A stretch of DNA of 64,000 nt from Deltaproteobacteria bacterium (lineage in GTDB: Bacteria; Myxococcota_A; Polyangia; Polyangiales; Houyiibacteriaceae). Made by a program: the position numbers and the translations under genes. Positions 18,775 through 30,026 of this stretch are shown here, in pieces. Numbering within the stretch: the stretch's first letter is position 1; each line of letters opens with the position of its first letter. The stretch spans positions 96,001-160,000 of the forward strand of contig JAXMNT010000001.1 in NCBI GenBank assembly GCA_034670305.1, given 5' to 3'. Below the pieces are notes generated by a model. The model worked only from the letters and a program-made list of their open reading frames with translations. It searched no databases and was not told where the DNA came from.

Positions 18775-19086
18775 CCTCAGCAGATGGATCGTCGAGCGTC
18801 GAACCACGACTGCACACTCCGCAAGCTGCACCGCACGTGCTGAATGCGGGGACCTGTGCTGGGCACCTTATGTGCAGAGTGCGCCGATTGAACCGATTAA
18901 CTGCGCCAGGGCGTGCCCTCAGCGGCCTGGCGTGCCATCCCGACACGCTTGTGTCTCGGGAGGCCCGCGAGAGACCAGCAACATCGTCGGTCCCCCGCAC
19001 CCAGCGGGAACCATGGACCTTTTTGGCGACTCGTTGTAGAAAGCGCCCCAACGCGGCCCGATCCCTCCGGACCGCAGGAGAACCGA

Positions 19087-21408
19087 ATGCGAGCCCAACT
19101 TCACCGCCTTGGCATCCTTCGCCTCGCCCTCCACATGCTCTGCGGCGTGTCGTTGGCCTTCGCCTCGTTTGGCGTGTCCTCGACCGCGGACGCACAGTTC
19201 GACGACGAGTTCGACGACGAGTTCGAAGAAGAAGAGACGCCACCCCCGACCACGACCACCACCGCCTCGGACGACGCGTTCGATGGCGACGATGAGTTCG
19301 ACGACGGCTTCGAGGAGGATCTCGAAGACGCCAACTCCGAGTCGGGCACGGGCGACGTGGCTGATGAAGACGAGGAAGAGGAAGACGAAGACGAGGACGA
19401 GGACGAGGACGAAGAACTCGAAGCCCGCCTCTTCCGCGCGCAGAACACCTGGTTCGGTGCCGCGGGTGGTCTTCACATCCTCGACGCCGGCGGCGGCGCG
19501 GTCGGAACGTTCCGCATCCAGCTCGCGACGGAGTTCTTCTTCGCGTCCGACTTCATCAACGTCGGCGACGACGCGGACCACATCGGTGGCGCCCTCTCGC
19601 TCGGTTGGACCGTGCACGAGAACGTCGAACTCTGGGCGAGCGTGCAGTCCTACGCGAACAGCAACAGCACCGGCGACCCCACGCTCTTTCAGGTGCTCGG
19701 CGACGCGCAGCTCGGTGTGAAGGCCTTCGGCCGCGTGCTTCCGTTCCTGACGGTTGGCGGCGACTTCACGCTTCAGCTCCTCAACACGGTCGGCGACATC
19801 GGCGTGGTCTTCAAGAGCACGAGCTTCGGCCTGCGCGCCAACATGACCCTCGACCTTCGTGGTCTCGACAACCCCGTCCCGTTCGTCGCGCGCTTCAACT
19901 TTCAGTACTACTTCGACAACAGCAACAAGCTGGTCGGAGACGTCGAGGACGCCCGCTACGCCAACCTCGAAGACCCGGCGGGCCCGGCGTCCTGCGAAGG
20001 CCTCGAACCCGGCGCGCCGTGTGAACACCGGCACCTCATCAACACCGTCGAGCGCTTCGGCCTCAACATCAACCGGACCGACTTCTTCAACATCGGCATC
20101 GGGCTCGAGAGCCCGCTTCGAGTCGGAACCGACTTCCACCTCAGCCCGCTCGTCGAGTGGCGCATGGCCATCCCGGTCAACCGCCAGGGCTTCGTCTGTC
20201 TCATCACGGACGACGGCGGCGACGAGTGCCTCGACCAGGCCGGCGTCTCCGCCTTCCCGATGGACCTGACGCTCGGTGTGCGTGTCCTGCCGCCTGTCGA
20301 TGGTCTGAGCATCTTGCTCGCCGCCGACATCGGACTCACTGGCAAGTCGACGTTCGTTCGCGAGCTCTCGCCGAACGCGCCCTACAACCTCTACCTCGCG
20401 CTCGCCTACGCCTACGACCCCTCGCCTGAAGTTCAGGCCGAGCCGGAAGTGCGCGAAGTCGAACGCCGCGTCGAAGTGCAGCTTCCCCCGCCGCTCCAGG
20501 GCCGCATCCGCGGCGAAGTGGTCGAGCAGGGCGCAGGCACCCCGGTGCCGAACGCCGTGGTTCGATTCCCCGGCCGCGACCTGACCGCGCTCGTCGCCGA
20601 CGAGGCCGGTGTCTTCACCAGCTACGCGCTCGACCCTGGCGAAGTGCAGCTCGCACTCAGCCACGACGAGTACAACGACGGCGCCTGCGTCGCGACGATT
20701 CCCGACGAGCGGCCCGAAGAGGGCGAACTCATCGTCCAGGTCCGCTGCGAACTCACCGCGCTTCCGCGCGTGGGTGCGGTCGCCGGTCGTGTGGTCGGCA
20801 GCGACGACGGCAACGGCGTCGCCGGTGCCACCATCGCGCTCACCGGCCCGGCCACCCGCAACCTCACCGCAGGCCCGGATGGCAGCTTCAGCGTCGCCGA
20901 CCTCCCGCCCGGCACCTACACGGCACGGGTCGAAGCCGAGAACTTCCTCATCAAGATGGACACCTTCGAAGTGGTCGCGCGTGAAACCGCGAACTCCACC
21001 ATCACGATCGTGGCCCGTCCGCGCAACGCGCTCGTCCGCCTCCGCGGTCGAGACATCCAGATTCGGCGCAAGATCAACTTCGCGACGAACAGCGCCGACA
21101 TCCTCCCGTCGAGCGACCCGCTCCTCACCGAGATCGCCGACGTGCTGATCCGCAACCCGCAGGTGACCGGCGTCGAGATCCAGGGACACACGGACGACCG
21201 TGGCCCGTCCGCCCGCAACCAGACCCTCTCGGCGGAACGCGCCGAGTCGGTTCGCACCTGGCTCATCGCTCACGGCGTGAACGCCTCGCGTCTGACCGCG
21301 CGCGGCTTCGGTTCGAGCAACCCGCTCGTCCCGAACATCACGCCGAGCAACCGAGCCCGCAACCGCCGCGTCCAGTTCGTCATCACCGCCCAGGCCGAAG
21401 CGCCCTAG
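19087..21408 (+). CDS. OmpA-family outer membrane protein with acidic N-terminus, barrel and carboxypeptidase-like domains
   Basis: AGGAG RBS; signal peptide; C-terminal [32 protein letters not shown]. Confidence 0.9.
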   Translation: MRAQLHRLGILRLALHMLCGVSLAFASFGVSSTADAQFDDEFDDEFEEEETPPPTTTTTASDDAFDGDDEFDDGFEEDLEDANSESGTGDVADEDEEEEDEDEDEDEDEELEARLFRAQNTWFGAAGGLHILDAGGGAVGTFRIQLATEFFFASDFINVGDDADHIGGALSLGWTVHENVELWASVQSYANSNSTGDPTLFQVLGDAQLGVKAFGRVLPFLTVGGDFTLQLLNTVGDIGVVFKSTSFGLRANMTLDLRGLDNPVPFVARFNFQYYFDNSNKLVGDVEDARYANLEDPAGPASCEGLEPGAPCEHRHLINTVERFGLNINRTDFFNIGIGLESPLRVGTDFHLSPLVEWRMAIPVNRQGFVCLITDDGGDECLDQAGVSAFPMDLTLGVRVLPPVDGLSILLAADIGLTGKSTFVRELSPNAPYNLYLALAYAYDPSPEVQAEPEVREVERRVEVQLPPPLQGRIRGEVVEQGAGTPVPNAVVRFPGRDLTALVADEAGVFTSYALDPGEVQLALSHDEYNDGACVATIPDERPEEGELIVQVRCELTALPRVGAVAGRVVGSDDGNGVAGATIALTGPATRNLTAGPDGSFSVADLPPGTYTARVEAENFLIKMDTFEVVARETANSTITIVARPRNALVRLRGRDIQIRRKINFATNSADILPSSDPLLTEIADVLIRNPQVTGVEIQGHTDDRGPSARNQTLSAERAESVRTWLIAHGVNASRLTARGFGSSNPLVPNITPSNRARNRRVQFVITAQAEAP

Positions 21409-21433
21409 CGTTCGACGGACTCCGTACGAAGAG

Positions 21434-21463
21434 ACCCGCGCGTTCCTGACGCGCGGGTTTTTT
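21434..21463 (+). terminator. Rho-independent terminator
   Basis: ACCCGCGCG/CGCGCGGGT stem followed by a T run, downstream of the OmpA gene. Confidence 0.85.
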
Positions 21464-21476
21464 CGTGCCGCCGCGA

Positions 21477-21745
<269 letters not shown>

Positions 21746-21795
21746 GCTCTGCCGAATCCATTGCAGCCAGCACCGATGTCCGCGAGACTGACGCG

Positions 21796-22359
21796 GTGAT
21801 TCTGCCGCGCCATCTCTTCTCTGTTCTCCTGGGTGTCGCTGCGATCGCAGCCGCCTCACCAGCCCACGCCACCACCACGACCGCGCTCGAGATGCAGGAG
21901 CTGGTGTCGCAGTCCGATCTGGTCGCGCTGGTCGAGGTCGCCTCCCAGTCGACGCGCTTCGACGCACGCGGGCGCGTGGTCACGGACGTGCGCCTCCGCA
22001 TCGAAGACGCGATGCGGGGCGATGTCAGTTCCGGCGACGAAGTCGTGATGGTGCGGTTCGGCGGTGCGGTCGGAGACATCGGCATGCGCATCGAGGGCGA
22101 ACCGGCGTTCGTCGACGGCACGCGCTACCTCGTGTTCGGGCGCCGATGGCAAGGCGTGTACCGACCGGTCGGCATGTCGCAGGGTGTGCTCCGCGTGGAT
22201 CGCGACGCGCGCGGCGAACGCGTGTTGCCGGGTGGGGGTGGACTCTCGCTGGTTCGGCGCACCTCGGAAGGCCGTGTCGTGCCCGCGGCCGCGGCGATGC
22301 TTCGGCCACGCTCGCTCGATGCCGTGGTCGGGGAGATCCGCGACCTGCTCGCCCGATGA
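21796..22359 (+). CDS. Secreted hypothetical protein
   Basis: Signal peptide ending AHA; beta-rich ([39 protein letters not shown]). Confidence 0.75.
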   Translation: MILPRHLFSVLLGVAAIAAASPAHATTTTALEMQELVSQSDLVALVEVASQSTRFDARGRVVTDVRLRIEDAMRGDVSSGDEVVMVRFGGAVGDIGMRIEGEPAFVDGTRYLVFGRRWQGVYRPVGMSQGVLRVDRDARGERVLPGGGGLSLVRRTSEGRVVPAAAAMLRPRSLDAVVGEIRDLLAR

Positions 22360-22366
22360 CCGCGCG

Positions 22367-23230
22367 ATGACGGTCCGCGCTTCGCTCCTCGCAGTGGTCG
22401 TCCTGAGCGGCTGGTCCTCGTCCGCGTCCGCGTACTGCCGCTTGACCACTTCGGACGCCAACCCGGAGGGGCGCGCCTGCGTGGAAGAAGGGCGGCCGCT
22501 CGAGTGGCGCCGCGGCTGCATCGGGTACTCGCTCGAAGCGATGGGCAGCCGGTTTCACACCTTGGAGGACGCGCGCGCGGTCGCCGGCCGGAGCTTTGGC
22601 GCATGGCTCGCCGCCGCCTGCCCCGAAGGTCCGCTCCCCCTGCAGATCGTCGAGACGGAAGAACTCGTGACCTGCACGCGACCGGAGTACGACGGAGACG
22701 ACGGAAACTCGAACGTGCTCTCGTTCCGGGGCGACTGGCCGGAGGAGTACTCGGCCGGTGCATTCGCGATCACGACCGTGTTCCACTCGCGCAGCACCGG
22801 CGAGATCCTCGACGCGGACATCGTGATCAACGAAGAACACTTCGAGTGGACCATCTGTCCGGAGCGCGGCTGCGTCCGCGACGAGTCGGGCGAGTTCACC
22901 CAAGTCGATTTCGAGAACGTGCTCACCCACGAGGTCGGACACTTCCTCGGGCTCGCGCACTCCGACCGCGGCGGCAGCGTGATGGATCCGGGCTCGCCGA
23001 TCGGCGACACGAACAACCGGGTGATCCGCACCGACGACCGAACCGGCGTCTGCGAGACTTACCCACCTGGCACCGACTACGGCGAGTGCGACTTCGAACC
23101 CCGGGGCGGCTTCGACCCGAGCTGCGAAGGGGAGGGTGGCTGTTCGGCGGGGGCGCCGATCGGTGGCGCCGGTGGGTTCGCCGCCCTCGCCGCCCTGGTG
23201 CTTGTGCGCAGGGGCTCGCGTCGAACCTGA
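22367..23230 (+). CDS. Matrixin-family zinc metalloprotease with MYXO-CTERM-like tail
   Basis: HEVGHFLGLAH, Met-turn SVMDP, ILDADIVIN; C-terminal GGCSAG, hydrophobic stretch, RR. Confidence 0.9.
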   Translation: MTVRASLLAVVVLSGWSSSASAYCRLTTSDANPEGRACVEEGRPLEWRRGCIGYSLEAMGSRFHTLEDARAVAGRSFGAWLAAACPEGPLPLQIVETEELVTCTRPEYDGDDGNSNVLSFRGDWPEEYSAGAFAITTVFHSRSTGEILDADIVINEEHFEWTICPERGCVRDESGEFTQVDFENVLTHEVGHFLGLAHSDRGGSVMDPGSPIGDTNNRVIRTDDRTGVCETYPPGTDYGECDFEPRGGFDPSCEGEGGCSAGAPIGGAGGFAALAALVLVRRGSRRT

Positions 23231-23240
23231 GGTGCGGGCT

Positions 23241-24089
23241 ATGCTGGCGCTCGTGCGCTTGCCTGCTTTGGTCCGGATGATGTTCGTGGGGTGCCTTGCC
23301 GCGTCGGCCACTGCCTCGGCCCAGTCCGCTGACGAGTCCGACGAAGCCGAAGCGTCGTCTCCCTCGGCGCTCGATGATCGGGCCCGCGCCCACTTCGTGC
23401 TCGGCCGGTCCCAGTACGACGGCGGGGAGTACGCGGCGTCGATCGAGCAGTTCGAAGCGGCCTTCGAGATCAGCGGCCGCTCCGCGCTCCTCTTCAACCT
23501 CTACCAGGCGCACCACCGCAACGGCGACCTGGCCGAAGCCATCGACTACCTCGACCGCTACCTTGCGAGCGACGCCCAGGTCACCGATGCAGACCGGACG
23601 ACACTCACCGCGCGTCTCGAGAACCTCCGCGCTCAGAAAGCGGAAGAAGACGCGGCTGCGGCTGCGCGCGCCGAAGCCGAGGCAGCCGAAGAAGCCCGCC
23701 GGCTCGCGGAGCTCGAGAGGGCGCAGCAAGAAGCGTCGAACCCGGTCCGGACCGCGGGCTGGGTCGTGCTCGCGGTCGGTGCCGCATCCACCGCGGCGTT
23801 CGGTCTCTTCGCTGGTCTCGCGCTGGCGGAAGACTCGAACCTTGCCGGGACCTGTGGCGCCGACGCGGGCGCGTACTGCTCGGACAGCGAACTCGGCCGG
23901 CTTCAGACGTTGACCCGCGCGGCCGACGTCAGCATCGCCGTTGGCGCTGCGGGTCTCGTGACCGGCCTGGTCCTGCTTCTGGTCTCTCGGCCGGACGCCG
24001 ACGATGCGGGTGGCGAGCAAACGACCTTCCGGCTCGAGCCGAGCCTGAGCGCCCAGCGTGCTGGCCTTTCCGTGCGGGGGACGTTTTGA
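23241..24089 (+). CDS. TPR protein with C-terminal membrane segments
   Basis: ARAHFVLGRSQY...ALLFNLYQAH TPR; two hydrophobic helices; terminal strand GLSVRGTF. Confidence 0.8.
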   Translation: MLALVRLPALVRMMFVGCLAASATASAQSADESDEAEASSPSALDDRARAHFVLGRSQYDGGEYAASIEQFEAAFEISGRSALLFNLYQAHHRNGDLAEAIDYLDRYLASDAQVTDADRTTLTARLENLRAQKAEEDAAAAARAEAEAAEEARRLAELERAQQEASNPVRTAGWVVLAVGAASTAAFGLFAGLALAEDSNLAGTCGADAGAYCSDSELGRLQTLTRAADVSIAVGAAGLVTGLVLLLVSRPDADDAGGEQTTFRLEPSLSAQRAGLSVRGTF

Positions 24090-24892
24090 TCCGTTCGCTC
24101 ACTCTGGCCTCGGTGCTGTGCGCCTTTGGCTGCTCGGTCGTCTTCGATGGAGACCGCCACACCGGCAACCCACCGCCGGTCGAAGACGGCGGCCCGCCCC
24201 CGGATGCGGGTGCACAACCGGTGGCCTCGTCCGACGCGTGCAACCGGTTCGCGAACGTGATCTGCGAGGCGGTCTTGCGGTGCTGCTCCGTTCAACGCGA
24301 CGGCTGCGTGGGCCGGGAAGAGACCTGCCTCCGCGACTGTGTGAACGCGTACCAGACCACGTGTCTCGAAACGATCGTGCCGTTCACCACCGACCCGATC
24401 GCCGGCTACGACCCACAGATTGCGGGTCAGGTGCTCTGGGATCTGGCCGGAGGCGCGGCCAGCTGCGATCCCCGCGTCGTCGAGATTTTCGCGTACGACT
24501 ACATCGACATCCCACCCGGCAGTCTGAGCGCGGGCGACACCCGCTGCGACCCCCTCGATGGACTCGAGTTCGACGTGGTGCGGGCGCTCTACTGCGAGGG
24601 GGATCTCGAATGCGTCTCGAACGGCGGTCTCTTCGGCACGTGGATGTGTGGCGCCCAACGCGCCGCCGGGGAACCCTGCGTGACCTACCTCGAGTGCCAG
24701 GACGGACTCGGGTGCGGCGTCGGCGGGGTCTGCGGCGCCCGCCAGCCGGCCGGGGGCCCCTGTCGTCTCGCGGGGGACTGCGTCTCGGCCATTTGTGTGG
24801 GGGCGGACGCGATGCCGGGGCGCTGTTTGGAGCTCAACGAGTACAACGCTTACTGCGTTTCCCTCGGTGGGGCCGAGCCAACCGACATGTAG
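24086..24892 (+). CDS. Cys-rich lipoprotein
   Basis: AFGC lipobox; many Cys in repeated small modules (GEPC..C..GLGC, GGPC..C). Confidence 0.78.
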   Translation: MIRSLTLASVLCAFGCSVVFDGDRHTGNPPPVEDGGPPPDAGAQPVASSDACNRFANVICEAVLRCCSVQRDGCVGREETCLRDCVNAYQTTCLETIVPFTTDPIAGYDPQIAGQVLWDLAGGAASCDPRVVEIFAYDYIDIPPGSLSAGDTRCDPLDGLEFDVVRALYCEGDLECVSNGGLFGTWMCGAQRAAGEPCVTYLECQDGLGCGVGGVCGARQPAGGPCRLAGDCVSAICVGADAMPGRCLELNEYNAYCVSLGGAEPTDM

Positions 24893-24999
24893 GTGGTCTT
24901 TCGGGGCGCCATTTGGGCGCGCCGGCGCCAATCGGCGAGACCCGCCCGCATCCTGTGACGCTTGACGCACCTTCGACAAGGCGCGTATTCACCGAGGCC

Positions 25000-26028
25000 A
25001 TGATTGCGCCTTCCCTCGTCCGCGTTCTTCCTCTCCTTGCGATCGTTGCGTTCTCGTCCGGTTGCGACCTGACCAAGCTCACCGCGAACTCGACCGCCGG
25101 ACTCTTCCAGCGCGCCGCACCCGCGTTCGAGCAGCACTGGGACTACGATCTGGCGGGCGCTGCGCTCCCCGGCAACATCGTCCAGATGGAAGGACTGATG
25201 CGGGTCGTCCCGGAGAACGAGATCATCGTCATGAACGGCGTGCGTCTCTACACCGCGTACGCCTACGGATGGATCGAAGACCAGGTCGAAGAGGCGCAGG
25301 ACCGCGGCGACTACGACGAAGCCAACCGGCTCATGTTGCGCGCCCGCTACATGTACCAGCGCTCCCGCGACCTCGCCGTGCACCGCGTCTCGCTCGACCA
25401 CGAAGGCTACCAAGAAGCGTACGACGCTGGGCTCGATCGGTTCCGCGCGTGGCTCCAGGAAGAGTTCACCGAGCCGGAGGACGCCGAAGGCCTTCTGTGG
25501 ATCGGCTACTCGTGGGGCTCGTACATCAACGCCTCGAAGGACGACATGGTCGCCGTCGCGGACCTTCCCTTCGCGCAGGCCCTCGTCGAGCGCTCGGTGG
25601 AGCTCGACCGCACCCAGTTCAACTACGCGGGCATGATCTTCCTCGCCGTCGTCGCGACTTCCGCACCGGGCGCCGATCTCGAAGAAGCCGGCCCCATGTG
25701 GGAAGCCGCGATCGAAGCCACCGAGCGCAAGAACCTGCTCCTGCTGGTGAACATGGCCCGGACCTACGCGGTGAAGCGTCAGGACCGCGAGCTCTACACC
25801 TCGCTTCTGCGCGAGGTCCTCGAGGCCGGCGACATCAACCCCGAGCAGCGCCTGACCAACATGATCGCCAAACGGCGCGCGGCCCGGTACCTGCGCCAAA
25901 TCGACGAGCGCATCCCGCCGCAGCCCGAACCGGCCGCCGCCGCACCGACGCCGCCGACGCCGCCGACCCCGCCGGCCACCCCCGCGACCCCTCCGGCCAC
26001 CCCTGCCGCACCGGCTGCCGGCCGCTGA
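25000..26028 (+). CDS. TRAP-T component (TatT-like lipoprotein)
   Basis: SSGC lipobox; DYDLAGAALPGNIVQMEGL, YAYGWIED, NMIAKRRAARYL; directly upstream of dctP. Confidence 0.8.
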   Translation: MIAPSLVRVLPLLAIVAFSSGCDLTKLTANSTAGLFQRAAPAFEQHWDYDLAGAALPGNIVQMEGLMRVVPENEIIVMNGVRLYTAYAYGWIEDQVEEAQDRGDYDEANRLMLRARYMYQRSRDLAVHRVSLDHEGYQEAYDAGLDRFRAWLQEEFTEPEDAEGLLWIGYSWGSYINASKDDMVAVADLPFAQALVERSVELDRTQFNYAGMIFLAVVATSAPGADLEEAGPMWEAAIEATERKNLLLLVNMARTYAVKRQDRELYTSLLREVLEAGDINPEQRLTNMIAKRRAARYLRQIDERIPPQPEPAAAAPTPPTPPTPPATPATPPATPAAPAAGR

Positions 26029-26149
26029 TTTTTGGGCACGGTTGAATCTCTCGGACGGATGCCCGTCCCAGAGGGGTCGCCACCGTGCCACTGCGCATGA
26101 AGCAGACGCCTGCTAAAGCGAAACTGGAAGACAACCTCCGAGGACAACC

Positions 26150-27154
26150 ATGAAGCGACGGATCACCCTTACCTGCCTGCTCACCGCACTCGCCTTCATG
26201 GCGCCGGGCGTGACACCTCAGGCAGTGGACGCCCAACAGGCGACCGAACTGCGCATCGCCACCGTGGCCCCGGAAGGCTCGCCCTGGATGCGCGTCTTCC
26301 GCGCCTGGGACCAAGAACTGCGGCAGCGCACCAACAACCAGCTCGGCCTGACGTTCTACGCCGGCGGGAGCCAGGGCCAGGAGCCGGACTACATCGACAA
26401 GATGCAGGCCGGCCAGCTCGACGGCGCGGCCGTGACCTCGACCGGCCTCGGCCAGATCGTGCGTCCCGTGCTCGTGCTCTCGGCGCCCGGCGTCATCGTC
26501 AGTTACCCGCAGCTCGACCGCGCGCGTCGCCGCATGGCCCGCCGCTTCTCGCAGCAGTTCCAGAGCAACGGCTACGAGCTCCTCGGCTGGGGCGACGTGG
26601 GCAAGTCCCGCATCTTCTCGACCCACCGCATCGAGCAGCCCTCCGACCTGCGTCAGCGCCGCCCCTGGGCCCCCCGCACCGACGCCGTGTTCAGTGAGTT
26701 CTTGAGCGTGGTCGGCGCCAACCCGCGCCGCCTCGGCATCCCGGAAGTCATCGGCGCGCTCAGCCAGGGCACCGTCGACACCGTGCCGGCCTCGGCGCTC
26801 GCCGCCGTCTCGCTCCAGTGGCACACCCGCCTGCGCTTCTTCACGAAGGACAACAGCGGCGTGCTCATCGGCGCGACCATCCTCAAGAAGGACCGCTTCG
26901 ACTCCCTCCCCGACGACCAGCGCACCGCGCTGTCGGAGACCGCCGAGCGCGCCCACCGTCTGCTTCAGCGCGCCATCCGCCGCGAAGACGACCGCTCCCT
27001 GCGCGTCGTCCAGCGTCGCCTCACCGAGGTCGACGGCTCCGCCCACGAAGCCGCCTGGCGCGAAGCTGCGGAGACCACCCGCAACCGGCTCGCCGGCCGC
27101 CTCTACCCGCAGGCCCTCCTCGACGCGGTCATCCGCGCCGCCGGCGAAGAGTAA
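26150..27154 (+). CDS. dctP: TRAP substrate-binding protein (DctP/TatP-type)
   Basis: LRIATVAPEGSPW, FYAGGSQG, KMQAGQLDGAAVT, ALSQGTVD. Confidence 0.9.
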   Translation: MKRRITLTCLLTALAFMAPGVTPQAVDAQQATELRIATVAPEGSPWMRVFRAWDQELRQRTNNQLGLTFYAGGSQGQEPDYIDKMQAGQLDGAAVTSTGLGQIVRPVLVLSAPGVIVSYPQLDRARRRMARRFSQQFQSNGYELLGWGDVGKSRIFSTHRIEQPSDLRQRRPWAPRTDAVFSEFLSVVGANPRRLGIPEVIGALSQGTVDTVPASALAAVSLQWHTRLRFFTKDNSGVLIGATILKKDRFDSLPDDQRTALSETAERAHRLLQRAIRREDDRSLRVVQRRLTEVDGSAHEAAWREAAETTRNRLAGRLYPQALLDAVIRAAGEE

Positions 27155-27182
27155 GCCTCCTACCGAGTCCTACTGCTGAACG

Positions 27183-27216
27183 AAGCCCTCGACCACAACG
27201 GTCGGGGGCTTTCTTC
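27183..27216 (+). terminator. Terminator-like hairpin
   Basis: 12-bp stem AAGCCCTCGACC/GGTCGGGGGCTT followed by TCTTC, after dctP. Confidence 0.7.
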
Positions 27217-27232
27217 GTTGGCGGAAGCGGCG

Positions 27233-27421
27233 AAGGGCGAAGGGCGAAGCCGATGCCGAATCCGACGCCGAAGCCGACGCCGAAGCCGACGCCGAAGCCG
27301 AAGCCGACGCCGCGAAGCCGACGCCGAAGCCGACGCCGAAGCCGAAGCCGAAGCCGACGCCGAAGCCGACGCCGAAGCCGAAGCCGACGCCGAAGCCGAG
27401 GCAGAAGCCGAGGCAGAAGCC
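27233..27421. repeat. (GCCGAN)n hexamer microsatellite
   Basis: Reverse complement of the 21477 repeat type; lies between convergent genes. Confidence 0.9.
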
Positions 27422-27424
27422 TCC

Positions 27425-27964
27425 TCAGCCCGCGACGTGGAGCGCCATCTGGATGTCCGTGATCGCCAGACCATCCACCCTGAATCGGTCTGGCGTCCGG
27501 CCGAGCCGTTCGAAGCCCAGCGATTCGTACAGCGCCGACGCAATGTCGTTGCCCTCGAAGACGCCGAGATCGATCCAGTCGATGCTGGGCTGGTTGCGTG
27601 CCCAATCGATCGCGGCGTGCATGAGCCGCCGACCGTGCCCATGGCCACGGTGCGGTCGCTCGATGCCGATGCCGCAGTCCACGCGATGCATCGCGGCGCG
27701 CAGGTCGGCCCCCGCAAGATGCACGCTTCCGACCACTCGACCGCCCTCCCAGAGTCCCCACGCGCGGCGCCACCCCAGTGCGTCCAGCGGCGTCGCCCAC
27801 CGGCGGAGCGCCTTGCTCCGAACGTCGGCTTTGTCCTCCGGTTCATTGGCGCTGTAAGGCCCCGACGGTAGATCTCCCTCGGTCCCCGATTCCAGATCGT
27901 GGGCCGCGAGGTGATCGACGTACGCGTCGACGTCGTCCTTCGCGAGCATTCGGATTCGGTCCAC
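27425..27964 (-). CDS. GNAT family N-acetyltransferase
   Basis: GIGIERPHRGHGHGRRLM; NDIASALYESLGF. Confidence 0.88.
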   Translation of the reverse strand: MDRIRMLAKDDVDAYVDHLAAHDLESGTEGDLPSGPYSANEPEDKADVRSKALRRWATPLDALGWRRAWGLWEGGRVVGSVHLAGADLRAAMHRVDCGIGIERPHRGHGHGRRLMHAAIDWARNQPSIDWIDLGVFEGNDIASALYESLGFERLGRTPDRFRVDGLAITDIQMALHVAG

Positions 27965-27969
27965 TGGGG

Positions 27970-28878
27970 TCAGCCCTTGAAGGTGCTGGGGCCGAAGTCG
28001 CCAAACGGGTCGTCGCGGTCGTGCACGGCGGCTTTGAAGCCCTTCGCCATCGCCTCGGCCTGGAACGCGTAGCCCTCGCGGGTGTGCCGGGCGATCCCAT
28101 CGAACGTGACGCCGAGCATCTGGGAGCTGGCCAGACCCTGCGCCCACAGCGCTTGGTTGATCACCTGCTTGTGCATGATGAGCTGGTTGATCGGGTTGCG
28201 CGCGATCCGCTCGAGCAGGATCTCGAACCGTTCGTCGAGGCTCGCCGCGTCCGCGTGTTCGATCGCCAGACCCCACTCGACCGCTTCGCGGCCGTTGAGG
28301 CAGTCGCCGGTCAAGAGCAGCCGCTTCGCGCGCTGGGGTCCGAGCCGGTACGCCCACATCATGGTGGTGGGCACGCCCCACACGCGGGCCGGCGGGTACC
28401 CGATCTTCGCGTCGCTCTCGATCACGAGCAGGTCCGAACACAGCGCCATGTCGGTGCCGCCGGCGACGCAGAAGCCATGCACTTTGCAGACGACCGGTTT
28501 GTCCGCGAAGAAGAGCGACATGAAGCCGCGCACGTTGCGTCGCATCATCTGGTAGTCGGTCATCGGATCCCAGGTCTCGCTGGGCAGGTGGTTCTTGGCG
28601 ACCACCGCCGGGTCGAGCGGGCCGCCGGCCGGGCCACCGACCTCGTCTTGCCCGGCGCCTTCCGCCGAGGCGACGAGATCGTAGCCGCCGCAGAACCCTT
28701 TGCCGGCGCCGCTCAAGGCGACGACGTGGACCGCGGGGTCGAGGTCGGCGCGTTCGATGCACGCGGAGAGCTCGACCGGCATGCGCAGGGTGATGCCGTT
28801 GCCACGGTGCGGCCGGTTGAGGGTGATGCGGGCGATGCGTCCATCGACCGCGTACGTCATGGTCTCGAGCTCGGTCAT
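27970..28878 (-). CDS. Crotonase/enoyl-CoA hydratase family protein
   Basis: ITLNRP, FCGGYDL, KPVVCKVHGFCVAGGTDMALCSD, AKRLLLTGD. Confidence 0.93.
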   Translation of the reverse strand: MTELETMTYAVDGRIARITLNRPHRGNGITLRMPVELSACIERADLDPAVHVVALSGAGKGFCGGYDLVASAEGAGQDEVGGPAGGPLDPAVVAKNHLPSETWDPMTDYQMMRRNVRGFMSLFFADKPVVCKVHGFCVAGGTDMALCSDLLVIESDAKIGYPPARVWGVPTTMMWAYRLGPQRAKRLLLTGDCLNGREAVEWGLAIEHADAASLDERFEILLERIARNPINQLIMHKQVINQALWAQGLASSQMLGVTFDGIARHTREGYAFQAEAMAKGFKAAVHDRDDPFGDFGPSTFKG

Positions 28879-29132
28879 GCGGGTTTGCTACCACGCCCTG
28901 CCGGCGAAGGCGCGGCCCCGTAGCGAGTTCGGAGCTCGGGGAGAACGGCCCGATGGGCTGAAGAACGCCCCAAAACCTCGGCCGGTTCTCTTTCGACCGG
29001 CCGCAACTCTCTGGACACGGGCCAATGGGGGCGCGGTACCATCCGCGCGATGAATTTCCCCATGCTTGCTGTGCGAAGCGGGTTGCCGCTTCCTCGAAAC
29101 GCAGCGCTGTCTTTCCAAAGCGCAGTGCAGTC

Positions 29133-30023
29133 GTGAGAGAGAAGCTTCAGCGGTTCGACCGCGGGCTCGCGCGTGGCGAGGCGTTGATCGCGACGGTCGT
29201 CCTGCTCTCGCTCGTCGTGGTCGCCGCGGTCCAGTCCACCTTTCGAAACTTCGCCGACGGCGGCGCGGATTGGGCCAACAGCGCGCTCTCTTACATGCAC
29301 TGGGGCGATGGCTTCATGGAGAAGGCCACGCTGTGGCTCGCCATGCTCGGTGCGTCGCTCGCGACCCACTACGACCGCCACATCGCCATCGACGCACTCT
29401 CGCGGCTGGCCAGTCCGGTCCGTCGCGCCGTCATGCGCGGCATCGTCCAGATCTTCGCGTCGATCACCTGCTTCTCGTTCGCGCGCGTCGTGCTCGGCGC
29501 GTTGCTCGCCAAGGCCGGCCGCATCCCGGCGGAGTTTGGCGTGTTCGACGAGAACTTCGACACCATCCACATCTGCCTCGGCACCGCCGAACAGATCGAG
29601 AACGCCGGCTACACCCGGCCGGACATCTTCTGCGGCGTGCGCGGCTTGCTCGAGGGACTCAACCTCCAGGTGAACACGCCCGAGCGTGCGATGGACCTGC
29701 TGGTGCCGGCGCTCTTCTGCGTCATCGCGGTGCGGTTCATGATCAAGGGCATCGGCGCGTTCCTGCGGGTGCGCGAAGGCGGCATTCCGGACCACGAACT
29801 CGAGGGCGGAGACGACCCGACGCGTCTGCCCGACGAGGTCGAAGCCGACCGCGCCGCCGAAGGACTGAAGTCGGCGGATTCCTCGGACTCCACGGAGCCC
29901 GAGACCAAGCACACCAAGAAGACCAAGCTCGCGAAGAAGGCCAAGAAGCCCAACCGCGGGCCCGCGGCCGACGAAGGCAAGGCTGCCAAGCCGTCCACCT
30001 CCAACGATTCGGAAGAGGAGTAG
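29133..30023 (+). CDS. dctQ: TRAP small permease with loop insertion and basic tail
   Basis: LWLAMLGASLAT..RHIAIDAL motif; four TM segments; precedes dctM. Confidence 0.82.
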   Translation: MREKLQRFDRGLARGEALIATVVLLSLVVVAAVQSTFRNFADGGADWANSALSYMHWGDGFMEKATLWLAMLGASLATHYDRHIAIDALSRLASPVRRAVMRGIVQIFASITCFSFARVVLGALLAKAGRIPAEFGVFDENFDTIHICLGTAEQIENAGYTRPDIFCGVRGLLEGLNLQVNTPERAMDLLVPALFCVIAVRFMIKGIGAFLRVREGGIPDHELEGGDDPTRLPDEVEADRAAEGLKSADSSDSTEPETKHTKKTKLAKKAKKPNRGPAADEGKAAKPSTSNDSEEE

Positions 30024-30026
30024 GCC

